Part shown: in pieces, positions 26,221-34,056 of the stretch
How the letters are laid out: each line of letters begins with the position of its first letter
How positions within the stretch are numbered: the stretch's first letter is position 1
The notes under the pieces: model-generated
What the model saw: the letters and a program-made list of their open reading frames with translations, nothing else
What the model was told of the DNA's origin: nothing
The model's database searches: none
Translations under genes and position numbers: made by a program
Assembly: GCA_021846565.1 (NCBI GenBank)
Contig: JAJZWS010000011.1
Location: 4,797 to 68,796 of the forward strand
Source of the DNA: Bacillota bacterium
GTDB lineage: Bacteria; Bacillota; Sulfobacillia; Sulfobacillales; JAIMBI01
DNA: 64,000 nucleotides
Reading direction: 5' to 3'

Positions 26221-27099
26221 TTGGTGACGGCGGTGGAGTGGCTGTCGGTGTCCGAGGCGGTGGCGCGATACATCGAAGACGGGCAGGTGCTCTATCTAGC
26301 AGGGTTCACGCACCTCATTCCGTTTGCGTTTGGCCATGAGATTATCCGCCAGCACAAGCGTGGCCTGACGCTATGTCGCGCCACGCCCGACCTGCTCTAT
26401 GAGCAGATGCTGGCGGGACACGTGGCCGAAAAAGTGATCTTCAGCTATGCCGGGAATCCCGGCGTGGGGCTGTTGCCCGTGTTTCGCCGCGCCGTCGAGA
26501 CGGGGGCGGTCGCGATCGAGGAGTGGACTCACTTTGAGATGGTGGCCCGGTTGGCGGCGGGCGCGGCCGGCGTGCCCTTTTGGCCCGTGAACACGCTGGA
26601 CAACGATCTGAGTCGCCGTCGAGCCCGCCCACGGGTGGCGAGCCCGTTCACCGGGCAGTTGGTCCCCGTGGTTCCCCCCTTGGCTCCCGACGTCACGCTG
26701 CTGCATGCCCACGCGGCGGATGAGGAGGGCAATATTTACGTGGACGGCCTGCTGGGGGAGATGCGCGAGGCGGCGCTGGCGGCCCGACGGGTCCTGGTGT
26801 CCGTCGAGACATGCGAACCGGCCCGGGAGCTTCGGGCCGGACGCCTCACCCTGCTGCTGCCCGCGTTCCGGGTGGCCAGTGTATCCGTGGAGCCGTGGGG
26901 AGCACATCCGTCATACGTGTTGGGACGGTATGACCGGGATACGCTGTTCTACCGCCAATGGGACGCGCAGGCGCGCCAGGAGCTGGCGGTGGAGGCGTGG
27001 TTGCACGAATTTGTTTACGGCGTCGCAGATCGGGCGGAATATGTTCGGCAGCTGCCAGCGGGGCGGCTGCGCACGCTGAAGGAGGCGGCCCTCATATGA
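26221..27099 (+). CDS. CoA-transferase subunit A (glutaconate CoA-transferase GctA-like, family I)
   Basis: 292 aa. CoA_trans family pattern and pairing with a B subunit that overlaps by 4 nt. Confidence 0.82.
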   Translation: MVTAVEWLSVSEAVARYIEDGQVLYLAGFTHLIPFAFGHEIIRQHKRGLTLCRATPDLLYEQMLAGHVAEKVIFSYAGNPGVGLLPVFRRAVETGAVAIEEWTHFEMVARLAAGAAGVPFWPVNTLDNDLSRRRARPRVASPFTGQLVPVVPPLAPDVTLLHAHAADEEGNIYVDGLLGEMREAALAARRVLVSVETCEPARELRAGRLTLLLPAFRVASVSVEPWGAHPSYVLGRYDRDTLFYRQWDAQARQELAVEAWLHEFVYGVADRAEYVRQLPAGRLRTLKEAALI

Positions 27100-27857
27100 G
27101 CGATCCCCTGCTGACCCCAAAAGAACAAATGGTGGTCATGGCGGCTCGGCTGCTTCGTCCCGCGGAGCGGGTGCTGGTGGGCGTAGGGCTGCCCAACCTC
27201 GCTGCCAACTTGGCCAAGCGGGTTCACGCACCGGACCTGGTGCTGATTTATGAATCCGGCATTCTGGATGCGAATCCCAAGTCCCTGCCGTTGTCCATCG
27301 GCGATCCCGTCCTGGTGCGTGACGCACTGGCCACGATCCCTATGCTGGAACTGTTTAGCAATTACCTGCAGACCGGCTGGATTGACGTGGGATTTCTGGG
27401 CGGTGCACAGGTCGACTGCCGTGGAAATCTCAATTCCACGGTCATTGGACCGTACGAGCACCCGGTGACCCGCCTGGCCGGTTCAGGTGGGGCGGCCGAC
27501 ATCGCGTCCTGCGCGCGGCGCCTCATCCTCATGCTCCCGCAGGACCTCCGGCACTTCCCGCCCCAAGTCGACTTTGTCACCTCACCGGGCCACCCGCCCG
27601 AAGGGCGGCGCCCGGATGGTCAGGGTCCGGCATGGGTGGTCACCGACCGAGGACTGTACGATTTTGACGACGAGGGCCGGATGCGGCTCCGTCAGCTGCA
27701 CCCCGACGAAACCCTCGCGACCGTGCAGAATGCCACGGGATGGCCGCTGGAGGTTCACCCGGACGTCGGGCACTGGGCTCCTCCCACAGACGCGGAATAC
27801 GAGGCGTTGAGGCGGCTTGTGTCCACGACGCCGGTGGACCGCCAGGCGTCGGCATGA
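27096..27857 (+). CDS. CoA-transferase subunit B (GctB-like)
   Basis: Start MSDPLLTPKEQMVVMAARLL at 27096 (ATGA overlap). Contains the ESG motif in VLIYESGILD. Confidence 0.82.
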   Translation: MSDPLLTPKEQMVVMAARLLRPAERVLVGVGLPNLAANLAKRVHAPDLVLIYESGILDANPKSLPLSIGDPVLVRDALATIPMLELFSNYLQTGWIDVGFLGGAQVDCRGNLNSTVIGPYEHPVTRLAGSGGAADIASCARRLILMLPQDLRHFPPQVDFVTSPGHPPEGRRPDGQGPAWVVTDRGLYDFDDEGRMRLRQLHPDETLATVQNATGWPLEVHPDVGHWAPPTDAEYEALRRLVSTTPVDRQASA

Positions 27858-29149
27858 GCGATGTGTTTTACCGCTCGCCCTCAGCGCACTACCCCCTGAT
27901 CGCCGGCGGCGCGGGCATCTATCTGTGGGACGCGGAGGGCCGCCGGTACTTGGATGGATCGTCCGGGGCTCTGGTCGCCAATTTAGGCCATGGGCGCCGC
28001 GAGATTGTTGACGCGATGGCGCAGCAAGCGGGGTCCGTGGCGTTTGCGCACACTCAGCGGTTTACGTCGGCAGCCCAGGAAGCCCTGGGGCATCACGTGG
28101 CCCGACTCCTGCCAGGGGACCTGAGCCATACGTATCCCGTCTCCGGCGGATCGGAGGCGACGGAAACGGCCATCAAGCTGGCGCGGCAGTACTTCCTGGA
28201 AGGTGGACAGTCCGAACGCTACCGGGTCGTCACCCAGTGGCCGTCGTACCACGGCAACACGTTGGGGGCGCTGGCGGCGTCCGGCCACCTCGCGCGCCGA
28301 AGGCCCTACGACCCCCTGCTGAGTGCGGCGGCGTTCGTTCATGCCCCGCAGCCGCGAAGCGATTGCCGCGGGAGGGCGGCCGGCGGCTGGTGCCCGTGCG
28401 TCGCAGAGGTCGGGGCGACCATTGAGCGGGCGGGGCCAGAGACGGTCGCGGCCATCCTGTGGGAACCCATCAGCGGGTCGGCTGCCTCCGGATTCGTACC
28501 GCATCCGGGGTTTTTCACCCAGCTGCGCAAGTTGTGCGACCGCTGGGGGATCCTGCTGATCGTCGACGAGGTGATGGCCGGCCTCGGCCGCACGGGCCGT
28601 ATGCTCGGCGTGGAGCATCATGCGGTCGACCCCGACATCGTTACGCTGGCCAAAGGGTTGTCTGGGGGTTACGCCCCCCTGGGCGCCGTCGTGGCGACCG
28701 ACCGCGTCTACAACGCGATTGCCCAGGGCTCGGGTCGCTTCGTTCACGGGTTTACGTTTGGAGGACATCCCGTCGCTTGTGCCGCGGGAGCCAAAGCGCT
28801 GGAGATCTTGGAGGCGGAGGACTTGGTTCGACGCAGCGCGCTCATGGGCGTTCAGTTGGCCCGGGGACTGCACGCGCTCAGGGCACGGCACCCGGTGGTG
28901 CGCGAAGTGCGCGGCCGTGGCCTGATGCAAGGCTTGGTGCTCGAGACGGACCGCCGGGTGCCGGGAGGGCGGGCAAGCCAGCTTGGTCAGCGGGCGTTTG
29001 ACCGGGGTCTCCTGATATATCCGGGAAGCGGCGAAGGCGCATCCCCGTACGGCGACCACGTTCTCATCGGGCCCCCGCTGGTCATCACGGCGGAGGAAGT
29101 GGCAACCTTGCTCATGATGCTGGACGACAGTCTCGCGGCATTGACGTAA
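27854..29149 (+). CDS. Class-III PLP aminotransferase (omega-amino acid:pyruvate aminotransferase-like)
   Basis: Start MSDVFYRSP at 27854 (ATGA overlap). Motifs SGGSEATETAIKLARQY, DEVMAGLGRTG and AKGLSGGYAPLG. Confidence 0.9.
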   Translation: MSDVFYRSPSAHYPLIAGGAGIYLWDAEGRRYLDGSSGALVANLGHGRREIVDAMAQQAGSVAFAHTQRFTSAAQEALGHHVARLLPGDLSHTYPVSGGSEATETAIKLARQYFLEGGQSERYRVVTQWPSYHGNTLGALAASGHLARRRPYDPLLSAAAFVHAPQPRSDCRGRAAGGWCPCVAEVGATIERAGPETVAAILWEPISGSAASGFVPHPGFFTQLRKLCDRWGILLIVDEVMAGLGRTGRMLGVEHHAVDPDIVTLAKGLSGGYAPLGAVVATDRVYNAIAQGSGRFVHGFTFGGHPVACAAGAKALEILEAEDLVRRSALMGVQLARGLHALRARHPVVREVRGRGLMQGLVLETDRRVPGGRASQLGQRAFDRGLLIYPGSGEGASPYGDHVLIGPPLVITAEEVATLLMMLDDSLAALT

Positions 29150-29232
29150 ACCGGCAACCCGCCACATCTTGGCACACCCACCGTCCTGAAGCTGGTAAGA
29201 TGGGACCAGCCCCAGGCTAGACGCCGGATACG

Positions 29233-29679
29233 TTGGCTGAGGGCAGAGACCAGCTGGCAGAAGACGAAAGGGGTGGTGGCGTGGCATGGACGTTTCGGCA
29301 GATGGTGGCAGATGCGCGTGCCGATGTGGAGGGCGTGGAGCCCGAGGAAGCCCGGCGGCGCGGCCGGGAACAGCCCAACACGCTGGTGATCGATGTGCAG
29401 GACCCCATCGACCTCGCTGCCTGCGGCCTCATTCCCGGCGGCATCAACATCACGCTGGGCATGTTGCCCATCCGTGCCGACCATGAGCTGCCCCTGGCGC
29501 TTCGCTCGCCCGAACTGCGCGACTTCGCGCGACCCATCCTGGTCACATGCGGCGTCGGCGGTCAGGCCGCCCTCGGAGCGCACCTCTTAAAGCGCATGGG
29601 ATACAAGCACGTCGCGTTCATTGAGGGCGGCACCGCCGCCTGGAAGGCCCAGGGGCTTGACGTGGAGCGGCCCGCCTGA
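29233..29679 (+). CDS. Single-domain rhodanese-like sulfurtransferase. Alternative GTG start near 29281.
   Basis: Rhodanese fold LVIDVQDP..GGINI.., active-site loop ILVTCGVGGQAA and IEGGTAAW. Confidence 0.8.
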   Translation: MAEGRDQLAEDERGGGVAWTFRQMVADARADVEGVEPEEARRRGREQPNTLVIDVQDPIDLAACGLIPGGINITLGMLPIRADHELPLALRSPELRDFARPILVTCGVGGQAALGAHLLKRMGYKHVAFIEGGTAAWKAQGLDVERPA

Positions 29680-29712
29680 CTCTGCTGGGCGCCGCGGCCG
29701 CCTCCGTGGTGA

Positions 29713-30873
29713 TTACACCCTACGCGGCGGAACCCCCGGGCCGGATCCGCCTGCCCGGTCGGGTGCTCCCGTTCGGCGCGTGCGCCACCAGGCCACCAGG
29801 GTGGTGGCCGCCACCACCGCCACCGTCCACGCCAAATCTGCGGGGGTGAGAATCTGAAAGAGCCAGACTTCCGCTTCCGCCACGGATCCCACGGACAGAG
29901 CGCCAGCCACGAGGGCCAGTCCCAGGCCTGCCACGAGATATTGTCTTCGTGGGTTGTATCCGCCCACGGGGGGTCCCACGTTCCACGCCGCCACATAGCT
30001 GTGGACCGCTAAATGAAGAACAATAGCGGTGGTCCAGATAATCAGGATAAGCATGCCCACGTCTTGGACGAAAAATGATGACAGTTTTACGATGCTGAAG
30101 ATATAGATAATAGGCCAGGTCATATCGGGAATCACCGCGGGACCGAGCGTCGCCAGTGCGATGAACAGAATGACCATCAATATCACACCCTCCAGGGCGA
30201 TGGCGGCCACGGCCACTGTCCCAGCACTCCAACGGCCGGTTCGACGGACGTGGGGCAGCAGGGCGGCCGTCGTACAGGGGTTGGCGTAGAGAAACCAGGT
30301 CGCCACCGATGCGCGAGCCAGGACCCCTGGCGGGACACCCAAATTCGGGGTCGCGGCCATCGGAAAACGCATGTCGCCCGCGGACAGTGCCACGACCAGC
30401 AGGAACGAGGCCAGGAGCAGCGGAAACCAGAACTGAACGTTGCGTGCAACGACGGTCAGCGACCGAACGGCTATCCACACCGCCAACGCACCAATGGTGC
30501 CCACGGTCACCCAACTAGGCGTCGCGGGGTAAAAGAACGTCTGCAGCAATTCGCCGTACAGATACAAGATGACAGCATCCAACGCCAGCATCAACAGCAT
30601 GGTGATCCAGGTCAGCACCGGTGCCAGCCAGGGGGACCAAGTCGCTTCCATGGCGGCCGGGTACGAACGATAATCCATGCGTCGCATCCACGCGGCCTGC
30701 AGCACGGTCACGCTGGCCGCCACAACGGTGGCGGCCAGCAGCGATGCGTATGCGCCCGGTCCGGCCAGGCCCACCACGTATGCCGGCCACAGATAGACAC
30801 TGCCCACCATGACGGAAACCATAATCATCCAAAAGTACTGCCCCGACGATATCGGCTCAACCCGCTGGGTCAC
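29713..30873 (-). CDS. Spore germination protein, GerAB-type permease subunit
   Basis: About 10 TM segments of the APC-like spore permease family. N-terminus VTQRVEPISSGQYFWMIM. GTG start 30873 overlaps the upstream stop (GTGA). Confidence 0.8.
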   Translation of the reverse strand: MTQRVEPISSGQYFWMIMVSVMVGSVYLWPAYVVGLAGPGAYASLLAATVVAASVTVLQAAWMRRMDYRSYPAAMEATWSPWLAPVLTWITMLLMLALDAVILYLYGELLQTFFYPATPSWVTVGTIGALAVWIAVRSLTVVARNVQFWFPLLLASFLLVVALSAGDMRFPMAATPNLGVPPGVLARASVATWFLYANPCTTAALLPHVRRTGRWSAGTVAVAAIALEGVILMVILFIALATLGPAVIPDMTWPIIYIFSIVKLSSFFVQDVGMLILIIWTTAIVLHLAVHSYVAAWNVGPPVGGYNPRRQYLVAGLGLALVAGALSVGSVAEAEVWLFQILTPADLAWTVAVVAATTLVAWWRTRRTGAPDRAGGSGPGVPPRRV

Positions 30874-31970
30874 GTCGTCACACCCGGCGTTGTCAGATTG
30901 AACGAGACCGTAAACGCCACGTGTGATGACAGGGCCGGCCACGCCAATCCCGGATGGTGGACCCACTCGGGATGGGCAAATAGGAGACTCCGCGCGTAGC
31001 CAAACGGATCCACGTGTCGGGCATTGGCCTCGCGGACGGCTGCTTCGCAATCGGCCAGCAGCAAGCGGGCGGCGGTGGTCTCGATCGCCCGAATGTCGGC
31101 CGGGCGCCCAGCAGTGCCGTACGGGGCCTGGGCCAGCGCCCCGCTCATGGCGACATGGACGTCCACCTGGAGCGGCCCGCCCGTCCAGGCTACGCGCGTG
31201 GTGGCCCGCCCGTGGACACCGGTGACGGCATAACGCTCACCGCCGCGTGACAGGGTCAGCACTTCCCGCGTGACGCGACTCGTAAGCAGCGCCCATCCCA
31301 ATGTCTGCTGCGGAGTGAAAATCACCGGCGGCCCTCGGTGGCCATAGACCGCGATCTGGCTCAGCGCCCCGCTCGACGTGATGTAGGGAGCCACCGGCGA
31401 CATGCCCGGCGTATGGACATCGTCCCACACGTGCCAAAAGGGTTCACTGAGCTGAATCGCCTCGCAGGGTGCACACGAAAATACATGCTGCCACTTCAGT
31501 CGCGGGACCACTTCCTGTGGGGACGCCTGCAGCAGATGCGGCAGGGAGGGCGCCTGGGCCACGCCGACGTAGGTCACTTTGGAGCTGATGCCCTGGCGAT
31601 TGTAGGCATCCACCAACGTGGCCGCCGCATCCGCCGGCAAGTTGGACGACCACAGCAGAACCTTCAGCTGCCCGAGGTACAGGTGGCGGTCCAACAGGCG
31701 CTGCGCGGCCCGCTCGGCTCCGGCCCAACTGTCTGCCGCGACCGCCACCGTATACAGTTGCTGAGTCGATTTGATCTGGGACTGACTGTTCACGGTCACG
31801 GTCGGATTGGGGAAGTAGAACGTCCAGTCCGAGCGGCCAGAGGGATTCCACGCGATGCTTACCATCAGGGCGGCCGCGCGGTCCGAGATGCCCTTTTGGT
31901 CCCAACAGCCGGCCAGTAGGGTAAGGCTTAGCAGCAGCGCCGCCACTGCCGCCCAGCGAGCCTGCCAACG
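30870..31970 (-). CDS. Spore germination protein, Ger(x)C-type lipoprotein subunit
   Basis: Lipobox LLSLTLLAGCWD followed by a Ger(x)C-like body. GTG start 31970 immediately follows the gerAA-type stop TAG. Confidence 0.8.
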   Translation of the reverse strand, partial: RWQARWAAVAALLLSLTLLAGCWDQKGISDRAAALMVSIAWNPSGRSDWTFYFPNPTVTVNSQSQIKSTQQLYTVAVAADSWAGAERAAQRLLDRHLYLGQLKVLLWSSNLPADAAATLVDAYNRQGISSKVTYVGVAQAPSLPHLLQASPQEVVPRLKWQHVFSCAPCEAIQLSEPFWHVWDDVHTPGMSPVAPYITSSGALSQIAVYGHRGPPVIFTPQQTLGWALLTSRVTREVLTLSRGGERYAVTGVHGRATTRVAWTGGPLQVDVHVAMSGALAQAPYGTAGRPADIRAIETTAARLLLADCEAAVREANARHVDPFGYARSLLFAHPEWVHHPGLAWPALSSHVAFTVSFNLTTPGVTT

Positions 31971-31972
31971 CA

Positions 31973-33595
31973 CTACTGATCCCCCCGGTGGCGGCGCCGG
32001 CGCTGTGCACGGTGCAGGTGCGGCGATGGGGCGGAAGCCGCTGCGGGCACCCTCCACGTGTCCTGGCTCGGGCGCGCCTCGGTCCGTCGACGCCCCATCA
32101 ACGTCCAAGGGGCGCGCCAAACACTGTCCGACCAGTCCGCGCTCCGAAATGGAGCGCCGGGGGCAAAGTAGGGCACGCCAAACGACTTCATATCCAGCAC
32201 CACCGCCACAACGGCCACCGTCGCGAGGACGATGCCCAAGATGCCGAGCATTGCCGCACCGATCAGGAGCAGGAATCCCACAAGCCGCCACGCTCCGGTC
32301 AATTCGTACGTAGGCGTGGCAAACAGAGCCAGCGCCGTTAGGGTCATCATGACGATGATCTGCGAGTCGACGATGCCAGCCCGCACGACGGCCGTCCCTA
32401 CGACGATTGCGCCGACGGTGCCGATGGTGGTGCTGAGAAACTTGGGCAGACGGATGGCCGCCTCGCGCAGCACCTCAATGACCACGATCATCAGGACGAT
32501 TTCCAGGAGGGGAGAAAACGGCAGCCCCGAGTGTCCGCCCTGCATCATAATGAACAGGGACGTCGGCAGCAGATTGGGGTTGACCTCCGCCAGCGCCACA
32601 TACAGGGCGGGCAGATACAGACCGAGGCCCCACGATATGAGCCGGATGAGTCGCGTGAAGGCAGCGTCCGCCCACGACGTGGAGTAGTCCATCGCCGTGC
32701 GGTAAAACGAAACCAGCGGGGCCGGAGCCAGCAACACGAACGGGTCTCCGTTAGTCAAGACGGCCGCGCCCCCCTGAAGAATGTGCCACGTCGCCACATC
32801 GACGCGCTCCGTGGCGCGGACCGTGGGGAAGATGGACCGTGGATGGTCTCGAATCAGGCCCGCGATTTGAGTGGACGTAGAGATGCCCGCCACATCGATC
32901 TGCTGGATCCGGCCCACGACGGCATCCACCAGGGACGGGTTTGTCACACCAGCCAGGTGAGCCACGGCCACCGTGCTCTGAGCGGTACGCCCCACATGGA
33001 GATCGGTAAACCGCAGCGCCGTGCTGCCGAGGGCCTGCCGCAACTGGGCTTTTTGAACCGACAGCACTTCGATGAACGCCTGCTCTGGCCCTCGGACCGC
33101 CAACTCCGTCTGGGGCCGCGTCACATCCCGTTGCACATATTTGGCCGTGTCCGCAACCCAGGCGTGGGCCAACCCGCTGGCAAAAATCACTGTAGACCCC
33201 TCCGTCAGGTCGGTCAGCAGTGCGGACCACCGGGATTCTGCCTTCACCCCGGCGCTCGCCAGCGCGGTATGCTGCCACGAGGCCGCTGCGGCGGTGGTCT
33301 GTCCCAACGGACGCACCACGGCCTCCGCCACGCGCTGGTTGTCCACAATGCCATCGATGTAGGCCACTAGCACCCCGTGCTCGGGTCCTGGGGTGGCGAC
33401 GGACACCAGCCGCACGTCCGCACTGCTGCCGAGGCCCCGGCCCAGTCTCTGCCGAACCTCTGCCGTCTCGGTGGGAAAGGGGGTGTCGGCATCCAGCAGG
33501 TTGTCCAGCCGGCGCGAAAGTTCACGCAGGCGCTGGTCCAAGTCGGCCACCTGGTCCGCGTCCAGCTTCACCTTGGCTGACCTCCCTCTGCCCAT
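31973..33595 (-). CDS. Spore germination protein, GerAA-type subunit
   Basis: 540 aa. Soluble N-domain, then 5-6 TM segments (LPALYVALAEVNPNLLPTSLFIMM..), typical of the GerA family. Confidence 0.88.
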   Translation of the reverse strand: MGRGRSAKVKLDADQVADLDQRLRELSRRLDNLLDADTPFPTETAEVRQRLGRGLGSSADVRLVSVATPGPEHGVLVAYIDGIVDNQRVAEAVVRPLGQTTAAAASWQHTALASAGVKAESRWSALLTDLTEGSTVIFASGLAHAWVADTAKYVQRDVTRPQTELAVRGPEQAFIEVLSVQKAQLRQALGSTALRFTDLHVGRTAQSTVAVAHLAGVTNPSLVDAVVGRIQQIDVAGISTSTQIAGLIRDHPRSIFPTVRATERVDVATWHILQGGAAVLTNGDPFVLLAPAPLVSFYRTAMDYSTSWADAAFTRLIRLISWGLGLYLPALYVALAEVNPNLLPTSLFIMMQGGHSGLPFSPLLEIVLMIVVIEVLREAAIRLPKFLSTTIGTVGAIVVGTAVVRAGIVDSQIIVMMTLTALALFATPTYELTGAWRLVGFLLLIGAAMLGILGIVLATVAVVAVVLDMKSFGVPYFAPGAPFRSADWSDSVWRAPWTLMGRRRTEARPSQDTWRVPAAASAPSPHLHRAQRRRRHRGDQ

Positions 33596-33874
33596 CCGTC
33601 TTCACACCCGTTTTGCCACCCGGCGCCAAGGGCGGGACACCGCTGGCATGGGCACAGGCCGGCTGCCCATAGGATGCCCAGCCGGATGAATCTCATGGGC
33701 GGGCGAACGGCGTCAATCCGCATCCATGCGGAAATCGGTGTCTCGGGCCACATGACGCCGGATTTCTAGCGATCTTTCTGCCCAGCCGCGGAGGGCGTCC
33801 GAGAGCGGGTCAGAAACCGCTCACGGCGGCCAGAGCCGCCGAGCTCTAAGCAATCGATGCCGCTATGCTGGAAG

Positions 33875-33908
33875 AGTCCCAGGTTTTTGCCCGGGACTTC
33901 TTGTTTTT
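33875..33908 (+). terminator. Intrinsic-terminator-like hairpin plus T-tract inside the 5' leader of the APC permease gene
   Basis: AGTCCCAGG-TTTTTG-CCCGGGACT (8 of 9 pairs) followed by TCTTGTTTTT. No upstream plus-strand gene for it to terminate. Confidence 0.4.
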
Positions 33909-34023
33909 CAGGATGTGCCTGACGCGTAGACGCTGTGCATAGCCTCCCGTCATCCGTGCTGGCGTGCGAAGGGTTTAGCCGAGATAAAACCCAGCATCTA
34001 TCCAAGCAATCTGATGGTTTCAC

Positions 34024-34053
34024 GGAAAGGAACGGAACGGAACGGAACGGAAA
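34024..34053 (+). repeat. Pentanucleotide tandem repeat GGAAA(GGAAC)x4GGAAA running into the RBS of the APC permease gene
   Basis: Read directly: ggaaaggaacggaacggaacggaacggaaaggag, followed by GTG codons at 34057, 34060 and 34066. Confidence 0.9.
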
Positions 34054-34056
34054 GGA

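Noticed and set aside
33790-33870. Known riboswitch class (lysine L-box, glycine, T-box, ykkC) in the permease leader
   Set aside because: I could not find the conserved core sequences (T-box AGGGTGGNACCGCG, the L-box AGAGGCGC..GGAGAGCT frame at correct spacing, or the glycine GGAGAG..CACCG..GGGGCAA cores). I kept it only as an unclassified structured leader.
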